Part shown: positions 1-10,436 of the stretch, one piece after another
Layout of the letters: each line of letters starts with the position of its first letter
Position numbering within the stretch: the first letter of the stretch is position 1
Source of the DNA: Myxococcota bacterium
GTDB lineage: Bacteria > Myxococcota_A > Polyangia > Polyangiales > Houyiibacteriaceae
Direction of reading: 5' to 3'
NCBI GenBank assembly: GCA_028284955.1
Contig: JANQQS010000095.1
Span: forward strand, 27,076-91,075
DNA: 64,000 nucleotides
Translations under genes and position numbers: made by a program
Notes under the pieces: generated by a model
Database searches by the model: none
Seen by the model: only the letters and a program-made list of their open reading frames with translations
What the model was told of the DNA's origin: nothing

Positions 1-26
1 TGTGGCGTGTTCCGAGGAGAGACTCC

Positions 27-977
27 ATGACGATTGATTTCGACCGATTCCGAGCACACCTACCAGACAGCCCCGACGAAATCGTGGTTGCCTTGAGAGG
101 AGGCTTTTCGCTGTTCACCGATGTCCCGTTCAACGAGTCCGCGGATGCCGCCCTCGCTACATATGAACGGCTTTTGAATGCGGGGCCTCGAGACCGATTC
201 CGGTGGTACTACAACGAAGCGATGACGGAAGCGAAACCCGTCTCTCCCCGTTCCTTTTCGATGATGAAGCGCAAGCTACAACTCAAAAAGCAAGAAAAGC
301 ATCTCTACTCGCTGACGTTCTACAACAGCGCGGAACCAGATATCCCCGCCGAGCACGCCGTGAAGCTCGTGTGGTTTCCGCGAGAAGGATATTCAGCCTA
401 CTGCGCGAGCACGCTGCGCTACGTCATTCCTGGACCGGAGCTCGAATCGCGCCCTCACGAAATGCTCGAGCAGGTCCTCGCAACGTGTGAGCAGCTGCCT
501 TTTCTGAGTGGACTCGCCGGTTATTCGCTGGAGTTTGGCTTGTACGACGAGGTTGAGGGATTGCGAGCGAGCTACGGCAGAATGATGCGCCACCCAGGGA
601 TCGATCTGGAGTACGTCATCTCGGGATGTGATTCAATTGGCCGAGGCAAAGGCATCAAAGGACTCGGATGGCTCACCATGTTGGGCACCCCGCTCGTCGA
701 CCGGCTTGGCGGGCGAGAAACTCTAAGGGCGCGTTTGCCAGACGCGGTTCAAATTCATCCCACCGCCTACGGACTAGTTCTGCAGCTCGGCGATGCGCCC
801 GTGATCGGAGATGTCAATCGGCAAGATCGGCTTCCGCTATGGCGCGAGACCTACCAGGTGCTCAAACCGGTGCACGAACCGGTCATCGAAGCATGGATGA
901 CGCGAGGTACAAAGTTTGACCTCGGTCTCGACGACGAAGACGAAAAAACGGAGGCCTGGCTACGGAGGTTTGAATGA
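27..977 (+). CDS. DUF3396 / type VI secretion immunity-family protein (putative)
   Basis: 316-aa ORF. The C-terminal block GIKGLGWLTMLGTPLVDRLGG...LQLGDAPVIGDVN matches the signature I recall for DUF3396 (T6SS immunity family). ATGA stop/start overlap with the next ORF. Confidence 0.55.
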   Translation: MTIDFDRFRAHLPDSPDEIVVALRGGFSLFTDVPFNESADAALATYERLLNAGPRDRFRWYYNEAMTEAKPVSPRSFSMMKRKLQLKKQEKHLYSLTFYNSAEPDIPAEHAVKLVWFPREGYSAYCASTLRYVIPGPELESRPHEMLEQVLATCEQLPFLSGLAGYSLEFGLYDEVEGLRASYGRMMRHPGIDLEYVISGCDSIGRGKGIKGLGWLTMLGTPLVDRLGGRETLRARLPDAVQIHPTAYGLVLQLGDAPVIGDVNRQDRLPLWRETYQVLKPVHEPVIEAWMTRGTKFDLGLDDEDEKTEAWLRRFE

Positions 978-1831
978 GCAAGGCATACGTTCGCACCCTG
1001 GTCCCAACGGTCGGCGCCACCTCGCCGATGGGTACTGCCCCGTTGGTTGGCACTGCCCCGTTGGTTGGCACCGCGGCAGGCGGCTGGCGCGTCACCGTCA
1101 CGCTGGGCTCAGGAGACACCGCAGATCTTGGAACGCACGATGACGCAGACGAGACGCTTCACTGGATCATGGCGCATCTGTGGCGCATCACGAGTTGGGG
1201 AGCGTTCGCGCGTTCTTCGACGCATCCTGCCAGTGTCACTTTTGACCTGCTGGGCGAAGGGTCGCTCGCGAGCGATACGTTCTACTGGGACATTCGCAGC
1301 CCCTCTACCGACGAGCGATTTGTCCAAGTAGTGCACAACACCTGCGTCGCGTTTAGCCGGTTGACCCACCCGGTTGCCGAGATCCGCGTGGAACACCTGG
1401 ACGACCAAGGCGACCTCGTGGCCGTCCCGCTCCATCCGCTTGCCCCGCTAAGCAACGACGAGTCGCAAAACCTCGACCGCTACCCGTCAACCTACGCAAA
1501 CCCGGGCTTTCCCGTGGTTGTAAACCCTGGTGACCTACGGTTCGAAATCGAATTCGCGAAATCACTGACGGACGCACAATTCGACGAGGCGGTCGAACTG
1601 CTCGATGCATGGAGTCAGGTGGGAGTAGGTGGTTTTGCAGAAACCGATAGCTCGCTGGCGAGTGGTGCGTGCGTCATTTTTAATGGCGGAGCTGAGCCTA
1701 TGGACGACTACACCCTCGAGCTGACGATGGACATGTTTGGCGGAGGCGAGCCTGCGCTATCCGCACTGACGAATCTAGTGTGCTGTCTGGATCGCAAACT
1801 CGCCCCGGTGCGCCGGTTCGTCGGCGAATAG
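974..1831 (+). CDS. hypothetical protein, translationally coupled to the preceding gene
   Basis: 285-aa ORF. Its ATG overlaps the upstream TGA (ATGA at 974-977). Contains an in-frame 18-bp tandem repeat encoding GTAPLV x2. No recognisable domain. Confidence 0.55.
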   Translation: MSKAYVRTLVPTVGATSPMGTAPLVGTAPLVGTAAGGWRVTVTLGSGDTADLGTHDDADETLHWIMAHLWRITSWGAFARSSTHPASVTFDLLGEGSLASDTFYWDIRSPSTDERFVQVVHNTCVAFSRLTHPVAEIRVEHLDDQGDLVAVPLHPLAPLSNDESQNLDRYPSTYANPGFPVVVNPGDLRFEIEFAKSLTDAQFDEAVELLDAWSQVGVGGFAETDSSLASGACVIFNGGAEPMDDYTLELTMDMFGGGEPALSALTNLVCCLDRKLAPVRRFVGE

Positions 1832-1872
1832 CGTTTGCGACCCAGACAACAGTCCTAAGGTTGCGTCGTCAA

Positions 1873-3942
1873 TTAAGGAGTCACAAAGAGCGGCAAGATC
1901 GAGCTGTTCCGAGCCGGAAGCAGCGGGCCCGTATCGAGATTTCTCGTTTGCCCGTTGCGCGTTTCCCGAATCACCGGCCGATAGGTTCCGCTGTATTGTT
2001 TGGCAGACAACACGAGACTCGAGTTGTCCCCCGTCACGACATAACCTGGCGCATTCGCCGAGCCACGATTGAGGTAGTTGAACGCACCAATCACCTCGGT
2101 GGCCCCTCCGTCGCGCGTCTCGAATACGGTCTGGTCGCGTTCGGTTTTGAAGCCGAGCACCCAGACCTTCGCGCCGCTATTGACGATGTTGAAGTTGGAG
2201 TTGCCTGCGCCGACCTCGGGGTTGAGCATTTGGGCGAACGCAAGCTGACCACGGCTAAACTCCACGTTGCTCGCCGTCGCGTTCTCCATATACACACGGC
2301 TGTTGTTGACCATATTCCGGTAGCCTCGGAACGACACGCTTGTAAGCACTACCTCACGCGCGGTGTTTTGCACAAACGCCCACGCATTGCGAATCTCGAA
2401 GTTTTCAAGCGCCACGGCGCCAGCTCCATCGTCGAAACGAAACACGCCGTCGTTCGACCCGCTGAGGCCTCCGATAGCGCTCACGATCGCATCGCCCGTG
2501 CCCAAGATTCGACGCACCGCGCCGCGCACCACAATGGTTCGCGATACGCGGTACTGCGGCCGCCCTCTGTCACGCCAGAGCAAGACTGTCTGCGCGCCTG
2601 AGTCGATGGCTGACTGAATCGCCGCGGTGTCGTCGTTGCCCGATGCGTTGACAACAGCCCATGCGCTCGGGTCGCCGTAGCCCACATCCGGAGTTTTCGC
2701 GTATCCGAGCCGCGAGGTTCGGCTGCCGTTGCCAAATAGCGCGACCGGATCGTGGCTTACCCACTCGCCGAGGCTTGTCCCGGAGGGAGACGGTCGACCA
2801 TCTTCCGCGGGCGCGCTGCCGCCCACCGCCTGGCCGTAGCCAGTCGTGCGAATGTCGCGCACGTAGAGCGCACCGTTGCCGTCGTTGGCAATCGCGGGAG
2901 CCGAACTCGCCCCACCGCAAAGATCGGCGTTGACAATTCCCACCAGCGCGCGGCGTCCGTTGCCCACGCCACCGTCGATTTTGAACGCCGGAACGGTGTT
3001 GGTGCTTCGGAAGTCGCGCACCGTCATCACCTGCTGGGCGTCGCGAATCCCCGCCACGCGCTGATTGAGCACGTACACATGGTAGAGGCTCGCTCCGTGA
3101 AGCGCGCTCCCGTAGCTCACGCCGTAATCAAACCCGTCGACCACCAGATGCTTGACGGTAAACGGCCCGTTGAGCGGTGAATCGAGGCTGAGTCCGGCGA
3201 CGCCGCGTTTGTTGTCGTCGGAAGAGCGAATATGCACGCGCTGCACCATGCCCCAGTTGCTGGCGCGAAACGCGAGACCCATCGCGCCCGGGTTGTTTTT
3301 CCCGGTGTCGATGGTGAGGTCCGAAACTTGGTTGCGAAACGCGGTCGCATCCGTGCGCACCGTGCTCATCTGCAGCACCGAGCGCGGGTTTGAAGGGTCG
3401 CCGAACCCGGACGCGCCGTCACGCAAGCGGATGATCGTGCCAAAGGTGCTCTGCCCCTGCACGAAGTAGCGCTTCGCGCCGTTTGCGGTTGCAAAAAGCG
3501 TCCCGCTCACATCGTAGGTGCCGTTTGGCAAATACACGAGCAGGGTGCGATTTTCTTCAATAGCGCGCTGAATCGCCGCGGTGTCGTCTTTGCCGTCGTT
3601 CGGCACTGCGTTATACGGCGGGCGCGTGACATTAACGATGCCCGCGAGATTGTTCGGATAGGCCATGTTGGGCTCAGGCCAAATCTTCACCTGACTCGGG
3701 CACCCTCCAGCGGTCGGCGCAGGCTGCCCCGTGTTCCCGCCGGAACTACCGGGCATGCCGGTCATGACCGACGAGCTGGTACCGCCGCCTTCCTCGTTAT
3801 TGCTTGAGCCGTCCTCACGATCGATGCCAAACGCATCCGATGAATCACTGCCCGTACAGGACACATGGCTCAGCGCAAACAGGGATGCGAGCAAATACAG
3901 AGTTCCGTTGCCACGGCAAGATACGCCCGACACTCTTCGCAT
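1873..3942 (-). CDS. secreted lipoprotein, two-domain right-handed beta-helix glycosidase (Pectate_lyase_3 x2, GH55-like architecture)
   Basis: 689-aa ORF with lipoprotein-type signal (LLASLFALSHVSC). Two copies of the DDTAAIQ motif (DGKDDTAAIQRAIE and GNDDTAAIQSAIDSG), which typically opens pectate-lyase-superfamily beta-helix domains. Confidence 0.7.
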   Translation of the reverse strand: MRRVSGVSCRGNGTLYLLASLFALSHVSCTGSDSSDAFGIDREDGSSNNEEGGGTSSSVMTGMPGSSGGNTGQPAPTAGGCPSQVKIWPEPNMAYPNNLAGIVNVTRPPYNAVPNDGKDDTAAIQRAIEENRTLLVYLPNGTYDVSGTLFATANGAKRYFVQGQSTFGTIIRLRDGASGFGDPSNPRSVLQMSTVRTDATAFRNQVSDLTIDTGKNNPGAMGLAFRASNWGMVQRVHIRSSDDNKRGVAGLSLDSPLNGPFTVKHLVVDGFDYGVSYGSALHGASLYHVYVLNQRVAGIRDAQQVMTVRDFRSTNTVPAFKIDGGVGNGRRALVGIVNADLCGGASSAPAIANDGNGALYVRDIRTTGYGQAVGGSAPAEDGRPSPSGTSLGEWVSHDPVALFGNGSRTSRLGYAKTPDVGYGDPSAWAVVNASGNDDTAAIQSAIDSGAQTVLLWRDRGRPQYRVSRTIVVRGAVRRILGTGDAIVSAIGGLSGSNDGVFRFDDGAGAVALENFEIRNAWAFVQNTAREVVLTSVSFRGYRNMVNNSRVYMENATASNVEFSRGQLAFAQMLNPEVGAGNSNFNIVNSGAKVWVLGFKTERDQTVFETRDGGATEVIGAFNYLNRGSANAPGYVVTGDNSSLVLSAKQYSGTYRPVIRETRNGQTRNLDTGPLLPARNSSILPLFVTP

Positions 3943-4210
3943 AATCGGTTCCTATTCCGCCCGGCCACACCACTCCCGATAGGAGAAGTGACTACATGAA
4001 GGCCGATCGATCACATGTAGGGATTTTTTTTTTCTGAACTGCCGCTCAGCCGAGCTGCGGATGGAAGGTAATATCCGCGTTGCGAAAGCTGCTGACCCAT
4101 GCAGCGACGTTCTGGCGCGCCTCGAGAGGAATCAGCGCAAGTTCGATGACCCCGACATCCACGGGGCAGAGGTTGCGCGGGATGGAAATCTCGAGAAGAT
4201 CGTTAGCGGC

Positions 4211-7200
4211 ATGTCTGTCCTGAGTTTCGAAGAGTTTGAGCTCGACCTGCGCACCCACGAGCTGAGACGGGGGGGGCATGAAATTTCGCTGCAGCCGAAA
4301 GCAATGCGATTGCTCGCGTATCTGGCGGAACATCACGATCGCGTGGTGCCCAAAAGAGAGCTCCTCGATGCGTTCTGGCCAGAAGAACAAGTGGTCCCCG
4401 CCGCGCTGACCTCCGCCATCCGCACGATTCGCCGAGCCCTCGGGGAGAATCGAGACCACCGATATATTCGTACCGTTCACGGCGTGGGTTATCGCTTCGT
4501 GGCTTCAGTCCGCAACGGCCACTCGGTGCCCACCGAAGAACAGTCCTCGCTGGTTCTCGATCGAACACTCGTATCCGACCAAACATCACTCCCTGGTCGA
4601 AGATTGGCTGATCGAAGATTGGCTGATCGAGGGTTGGCCAGTCAGGGATTGGCATCCGACGAATCACTGGTGATCGATACCGACGATTTGTCCCACGATA
4701 GCGATCCTTTTGTAGGACGCAGCCGCGAGCTTCAAGAACTTTGGAGAGGCTATCGCCGGGCCCAGCGAGGAGAGCCTGGCTGGGTCATGCTCTGTGGTGA
4801 AGCCGGGATTGGCAAAACGAGGACCGTGTGGGAATTCTCGAGAGAGCTCGAGCGCATCGGCGCGTTCGTGCACTGGGGCCACTGCCCAGAAGAGCCCGGC
4901 GCTCCGGCCTATTGGCCTTGGCGACAAGTGCTCTCGGGAGTCGCGCACCACGCCGGCGGCTTGGACAAAGCTCGCAAGCTCGGCCTCGACCTGGCTGTTG
5001 TGGAACGGATTTCCCAATTTCTCGGTAGTCAAACGCCGTCTGAGCCCGCCGCGGAAGGCGAAAGCGACCGCTTTTATTTGTTCGCCAGCGTAAGCATGTT
5101 TTTGCGGGCACCGTCCCACGGCCAACAGCGCCACGTGATTGTGCTCGAAGACCTACACTTCGCAGACCCTTCGTCGCTTGCCCTTCTCAAATTTCTCGCC
5201 ACAGAACAGCGCGGGTCGGGCCTCATGGTGGTGGGCACCTATCGGCCAAGCGAGGTCACCGCGGCATCGGCTGAAGCATCGTCCCTCGCTGGCGCAACGA
5301 GATTCGCGGAGCGCATTCAGCTCGCCGCGCTTTCGAACGAAGACGTTCGGCAACTGGTATCGACCCGGTTTGGCCACCCCTCAACCGACGCGGCAGTGGA
5401 CCATTTGTGCGACGTGACCGATGGAAATCCGCTGTTTTTGCGAGAGCTTCTGCGTATTCCAGAAGTCGAATCGGCACTCCTCGGCGCGGAATGGCCAAGC
5501 CGACTGCGCCTTCCCGTCGGAGTGGAGGAAGCGGTGCGGCGCAGGCTGGATCCACTCACCGATGTTGCGCGATCGGTTCTCGATGCCGCTTCGGTCCTCG
5601 GCCGGCGGTTCGATGCGTTTCTCTTGGAAACTTTGTGTGAAGACAGCGACTCGATCGCGAACGCACTCGAAGAAGCCACCGCGGTAGGAATCGTCGTGCC
5701 CGCCTCCTCCTCCGGGCTGGGGAATCGCGGCCGCTATCGATTTTCTCACGCCTTGGTTCAACACGTAGTGTATTCGGGTCAGGACAGTACAACGCGCGCA
5801 CGTTTCCATATCCATGCTGCGCGCGCCCTTCAGCGTATGCATCGCGATCGCCCGGGGCCCGTTTTGGGCCAAATCGCCAGACATTTTTCCGCTGCCGCCC
5901 GGCCCGGCCAAGCCCGTGACGCCATCAACGCAGCGATTCGGGCCGCAGAGCACGCAACATCCTTGCTCGGTTTTGAGGAAGCTTCGGAATGGTATTCCGT
6001 CGCGCTTGAACACCTTCGCCTCGAGGACGCGAGCGAGAGGGAATGCGGAGCTGTGCTTGTGGCGCTCGGCGACGTGCTGTTTCGCGCGGGAGACGCGGGA
6101 GCGCAAGATGCCCTGACGCGAGCGGCGCGCCTCGGCGACGAAATAGGAGATGGCGAACTGCTTGCGACCGCTGTCGACCGATTGGGAGACGTTCTCGTTG
6201 AAATCGGTACGGTGCAATCCGACTTGGTGGCGTGGCTACGGCGCGCGATTGAGCACCTCGACGTTCAGGACAGCCCGCTGCGGGTTCGCTTGATGAGCCG
6301 CTTAGCGAAGGCGTTCTACTTCGCCGCCGATGCGCACAAGGGACGCGCGCTCAGCGCTGAGGCGCTGGCCATGGCTCGACGACTTGGTGACCCGCGAACG
6401 CTATCCGCTGCGCTTCTGAGACACCATTTTGTGATCTGGGATGCCGATTCGGTCGAGGAACGCCTGATCATTGCCGACGAAGCGGCACGAATCGCAAACG
6501 ATGGCGGGGTCATCGTCGACGCACTGGAATCCCGGGCGTGGCAAATCCAAAACCGCTTGGAGCTCGGCTCTGCGCAGGAGCTTGGTCCAGCGGTAGAGCT
6601 CTATGCGAAGCTTGCCGCCGAGGCGCGTTTGCCGCGCTTTCAGTGGCGAGCCACCTTGATGCGGGGGGCGGTCGCGATGATGGAGGGGCGTCTCGCCGAC
6701 GGCGAAGCGTGTGTGCAAAGCTCAGTTCAAACCGCGCGCGATGCGGACCTCCGAAATATTTGGACTTTTCATATCGCCCAGGTGTTTACGCTGCGCCGCG
6801 AGCAAATGCGTCTCACAGAGGTCGAGCCTATGGTGACGGACATCGCACGTCGTCCAGGAGCGCTCGTCATTCTTCGCGCAGGCGTCACGCTCATGCAGCT
6901 CGAGCTTGGGCAGGTCGACTCCGCGCAACGTGAGTTCGAGTCGCTTGCGGATCGTGATTTCACAGACATCCCCCGAGACGGCAACTGGCTGCCCACCATG
7001 GTCATGCTCGCCGAAGTTTCAGTCGGCCTTTCCGACCAACGCCGCGCAGCACAGATTGAACAACTGCTCGCACCCTACGGCGATCGAGTGGTGGTGATGA
7101 CCACGCTCGCCGCCTGTTTGGGATCGACGTGGCGATACCTTGCTCTTCTTTCCGGTTTACTGAATCGAGGCGACGCCAAGGAGCGTTTCGAGCGAGCGAT

Positions 7201-7366
7201 CGACGCGAACCGAGCGCTCGGAGCAGATCTCTACGTCGCGCATGCGCAAACCGAATACGCCGAATGGCTTACGCGGCAGGGAGGCGACGATGCAACAGCC
7301 GACTCGCTCCGCGCGCAATCACACACCACCGCGGAACGCTTAGAGCTCAAGCGGCTGCTGGAGTAG
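4211..7366 (+). CDS. transcriptional regulator: OmpR/PhoB-type winged-helix DNA-binding domain + AAA/STAND-like ATPase + TPR-like C-terminal region
   Basis: N-terminus FEEFELDLRTHELRRGGHEISLQPKAMRLLAYLAEHHDRVVPKRELLDAFW...VHGVGYRF is a trans_reg_C fold. Walker A is GEAGIGKT, followed by a long helical C-terminus. The ORF track starts at 4061, but the domain begins right after the ATG at 4211. Confidence 0.8.
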   Translation: MSVLSFEEFELDLRTHELRRGGHEISLQPKAMRLLAYLAEHHDRVVPKRELLDAFWPEEQVVPAALTSAIRTIRRALGENRDHRYIRTVHGVGYRFVASVRNGHSVPTEEQSSLVLDRTLVSDQTSLPGRRLADRRLADRGLASQGLASDESLVIDTDDLSHDSDPFVGRSRELQELWRGYRRAQRGEPGWVMLCGEAGIGKTRTVWEFSRELERIGAFVHWGHCPEEPGAPAYWPWRQVLSGVAHHAGGLDKARKLGLDLAVVERISQFLGSQTPSEPAAEGESDRFYLFASVSMFLRAPSHGQQRHVIVLEDLHFADPSSLALLKFLATEQRGSGLMVVGTYRPSEVTAASAEASSLAGATRFAERIQLAALSNEDVRQLVSTRFGHPSTDAAVDHLCDVTDGNPLFLRELLRIPEVESALLGAEWPSRLRLPVGVEEAVRRRLDPLTDVARSVLDAASVLGRRFDAFLLETLCEDSDSIANALEEATAVGIVVPASSSGLGNRGRYRFSHALVQHVVYSGQDSTTRARFHIHAARALQRMHRDRPGPVLGQIARHFSAAARPGQARDAINAAIRAAEHATSLLGFEEASEWYSVALEHLRLEDASERECGAVLVALGDVLFRAGDAGAQDALTRAARLGDEIGDGELLATAVDRLGDVLVEIGTVQSDLVAWLRRAIEHLDVQDSPLRVRLMSRLAKAFYFAADAHKGRALSAEALAMARRLGDPRTLSAALLRHHFVIWDADSVEERLIIADEAARIANDGGVIVDALESRAWQIQNRLELGSAQELGPAVELYAKLAAEARLPRFQWRATLMRGAVAMMEGRLADGEACVQSSVQTARDADLRNIWTFHIAQVFTLRREQMRLTEVEPMVTDIARRPGALVILRAGVTLMQLELGQVDSAQREFESLADRDFTDIPRDGNWLPTMVMLAEVSVGLSDQRRAAQIEQLLAPYGDRVVVMTTLAACLGSTWRYLALLSGLLNRGDAKERFERAIDANRALGADLYVAHAQTEYAEWLTRQGGDDATADSLRAQSHTTAERLELKRLLE
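4598..4657 (+). repeat. in-frame 15-bp tandem repeat (about 4 units) inside the regulator gene
   Basis: cgaagattggctgat occurs twice exactly, then two degenerate units. Encodes RRLAD RRLAD RGLAS QGLAS. Confidence 0.85.
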
Positions 7367-7396
7367 CGCAGATCCGCCGCGCGCCCACGAGTCGAG

Positions 7397-7440
7397 ATTT
7401 GGACGATGTCGGCGTTCACGACGTCCAAATTGTTTCTGTT
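7397..7440 (+). terminator. Rho-independent terminator candidate after the regulator gene
   Basis: Perfect 9-bp stem atttggacg (7397-7405) / cgtccaaat (7422-7430), followed by T-rich ttgtttctgtt. Confidence 0.6.
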
Positions 7441-7624
7441 CAGTAAACGGACCCACCAAAAAAGCGGCATCTGACGTTTGGTCGCAGTGTATTTTTTTAG
7501 TACCTTGGTTATATCGCGGTGTCATTGCAACTTAGTGGGGCTGGGATCCGCGGGCGCTTTGTACGGCCGTTGCGCACCAAGTTGTTGACGCCCTCCGAGG
7601 GGAATAGGGAGCGGGACCGTTTCT

Positions 7625-10348
7625 ATGTTTGAGAGGAACTATTGGAACAAGGTAGGGCTCGCCGCAGCGACATCGCTGGCTGCGTTCGGGTGCTCTATTG
7701 GGGACTCCCCCGAGGTAGAGGCGCCTGTCGTCGAGACCTACCAAACCGGCGGAAACAACGGTGAATCCGTCGTCGTGGCCTATCCTGCGGCGCCCAATGC
7801 GGTGGCCAGCTCGACGTTCTCTGTAACCGTCAATGGCGAGCCCGTGTTCGTCGAAGAAGACCGGCGCATCAGCTACGCAAACTTCGCCTTCGCGGGCGAG
7901 GTCACGGTTGAAGTCACGCTGAGCGAGAACTTTAACACCTACAGGCTAAGCCCTGAGGCGTACAACATTTCGAGCAGCACCAATGGCGACAAGCTGACGT
8001 TCACCCTCGATCGTCCCCGCCACCTCGCTCTGCATCAAATCAACGGCTGGGAATCTGATTTTGTCAACGAAAAGCGCCTCTTCATCTTCGCCAACGCCAT
8101 CCCCCAAGCGGCCGACGAGCTCGGCGCTTCGCAGGTTGTGAGCGCGCAGGCGAAGGGCATCGACTCCACCGGCGCAACTGACGTTACCAGTGCCATCGCC
8201 ACCGAAATCGATGCGCTCTCCGCAGCAGGCGGCGGCGTGCTCGTATTCGAACCCGGCCTCTATTTGGTGCGTCACGTCTTCATGAAAGACGATGTCACCG
8301 TCTACCTCGAGGCCGGGGCGCGCATTCAGGCTTCGAACGTCGTTCCCTCCGAAGACGGCATCATCAAGTTCACCGATGTCGACAACGCCCGCCTCATGGG
8401 CCCGGGCTCCGTCGACGCCAATGGCGTGTACCTCCGCTACAGCACCAGCGCAGGCGGCTACTCGGTCATTCGCGCCGACCGTGCGTCGAACATTGTGGTT
8501 CAGGACGTCGTGCTCCAAGACCCCGCTTCGTTTGCCGTGTGGTTCCGTGATTCCGAGAACATCACGATGTACAACACCAAACAGATCGACTACGACAACC
8601 GCGACCTGGCAAGCAACGGCGGCAACGACGGCATCGATCCCGACGCGACCCGCCACATGCTCGTGGAGAGCTGCTTCGTGTATGCGGGCGACGACGCCAC
8701 GGCCATCAAGGGTATCTCCCCGACCTGGCCCCTCATCGAAGACATCACCTTCCGCAACAACGTGATCTTTCAGTCAGCCCTTGGCTCTGGCCTGGGCATC
8801 GGCTCGGAAGTCGAGTCGACCAAGTTCCAAAACATCACCTATGAAAACAACGACGTGCTCGCGGCGCGTTTCGCGGTGGACATGGGGATGCGAGCGCCGA
8901 CGTCGAATCCGGGCGACGACCCCGAGATCTCAGGCGTGTTCTACAAGAACAATCGCTTTGGCATGACCCGCGGCTCCTACGTCTTCGGCGGCAACGCGCG
9001 GCGCGATGCCATGTTCAAGGACGTGTTCTTCGAGCTGAATGACTTCGAAGGCAACAATGACAACAACCCGCCGAAGTACGAGACCTTCGACAACGCGGTG
9101 ATGATGGACTGGGACTTCGACGGGGTCACCGTCGACGGCCAGCTCATGGACAACATCAACGACTTCGACACCACGGGCACCGGGATCAGCGGATTCACGT
9201 TCGCGAACAGCGCCCACACCCTCGTCACGGTCGATACGACCGCCAACATGGTGCAAGAAGGCGGCAGCGCCGACTTCGTCATCTCCCGAACCGGCAGCAC
9301 CAGCAGTGGATTGGTGGTGTACTTCGAGTTGCGCGGAACTGCGAAAAACGGCACCGACTACTCGACCCTCGCCAACAACTACGAGTACCTCGCGCCCGGC
9401 CAGTCGTCGGCTACCGTGTCCATCGACTCCATCGCCGACGGGCAGACCGAATGGGTTGAGCAGGTGGTACTCACGCTCACCAACGACCACGGCGCAGGCG
9501 GCTACCTCATCGGAGCCGACTACAACGCCATGATCACCATCGACGACCGCCCCCTCGGCGTCTTTGAGGTCGGCGAGCTCACAGTGTCGCAACCGAACGC
9601 GACAACCTGGTTCACCCAGAACCTGCAAGGCACCTTCACCAACCCGATCGTCGTCATGGGCACGCCCTCCACCAACGGATGGCATCAGTCCACGATGCGC
9701 GTGCGCAACGTGACCCCCACGAGCTTCCAGTACCAAATCGACGAATGGGACTATCACGACGGCAAGCACACCAACGCGGAAACCGTGGCCTACCTGGTCG
9801 TCGAAGCGGGAACGCACGACATCGGCGGTCTCAAATGGGAAGCGAGCTATGTCCCCGGCGGGGTCAGCTCGGGCTGGAAGACGAAGAACCTCATTCGGAG
9901 CGACTTCGACGGGCAACAGATCGTGCTCGCTCAGGTCGCTTCGACCAACGAGGCATCTGCCGTCACTACCCGCGTTCGCAACGTGACCTCATCCAGTTTC
10001 GACATCGTTCTCGAGGAGCAGGAGCTCGACGGGCCGCACGTCCAGGAGACGGTCGGCTACGTGGCCATCTCTCCAGGAAACGGAACCAGCAACGGCTTGG
10101 ACTTCGTCGCCAACAAGACCGGCAACTCCGTGACCCACAACTGGTACACCGTCAACTTCGGGCAGACCCTGAACAATCCCCTGATTTTCTCGGAGATGTC
10201 CACCTACGATGGTCTCGACACCACCGCGATGCGGCACCGGAACCTCACGTCCACCAGCGTGCAGGTCAAGTGCGAAGAAGAAGCATCGAAGGATGCCGAA
10301 CTCAACCACACCACCGAGGTCGTTCGCTGGCTTGCCATTGGACAGTAG
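7625..10348 (+). CDS. secreted lipoprotein: GH28-like beta-helix glycosidase + Calx-beta domain + three H-type-lectin-like repeats (copy 1)
   Basis: Lipobox AAFGC. GH28-like motifs NGGNDGIDPD, GDDATAIK, GSGLGIGSE. Calx-beta-like block ADFVISRTGSTSSGLVVYFELRGTAKNGTDYS...SATVSIDSIADGQTE. Three ~80-aa C-terminal repeats with signature R-x-R-N-[VL]-T-x-[ST]-S-[FV]. AGGGAG ribosome-binding site upstream of the ATG. Confidence 0.8.
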   Translation: MFERNYWNKVGLAAATSLAAFGCSIGDSPEVEAPVVETYQTGGNNGESVVVAYPAAPNAVASSTFSVTVNGEPVFVEEDRRISYANFAFAGEVTVEVTLSENFNTYRLSPEAYNISSSTNGDKLTFTLDRPRHLALHQINGWESDFVNEKRLFIFANAIPQAADELGASQVVSAQAKGIDSTGATDVTSAIATEIDALSAAGGGVLVFEPGLYLVRHVFMKDDVTVYLEAGARIQASNVVPSEDGIIKFTDVDNARLMGPGSVDANGVYLRYSTSAGGYSVIRADRASNIVVQDVVLQDPASFAVWFRDSENITMYNTKQIDYDNRDLASNGGNDGIDPDATRHMLVESCFVYAGDDATAIKGISPTWPLIEDITFRNNVIFQSALGSGLGIGSEVESTKFQNITYENNDVLAARFAVDMGMRAPTSNPGDDPEISGVFYKNNRFGMTRGSYVFGGNARRDAMFKDVFFELNDFEGNNDNNPPKYETFDNAVMMDWDFDGVTVDGQLMDNINDFDTTGTGISGFTFANSAHTLVTVDTTANMVQEGGSADFVISRTGSTSSGLVVYFELRGTAKNGTDYSTLANNYEYLAPGQSSATVSIDSIADGQTEWVEQVVLTLTNDHGAGGYLIGADYNAMITIDDRPLGVFEVGELTVSQPNATTWFTQNLQGTFTNPIVVMGTPSTNGWHQSTMRVRNVTPTSFQYQIDEWDYHDGKHTNAETVAYLVVEAGTHDIGGLKWEASYVPGGVSSGWKTKNLIRSDFDGQQIVLAQVASTNEASAVTTRVRNVTSSSFDIVLEEQELDGPHVQETVGYVAISPGNGTSNGLDFVANKTGNSVTHNWYTVNFGQTLNNPLIFSEMSTYDGLDTTAMRHRNLTSTSVQVKCEEEASKDAELNHTTEVVRWLAIGQ

Positions 10349-10436
10349 TATTGAGCAGTAGCATTGGCAGCAGTTGTCAGCGAATGACAAACGCTAGTTG
10401 AGGCAGTTTCGCAGTAACAACCAGCGTGTGCAGTAC

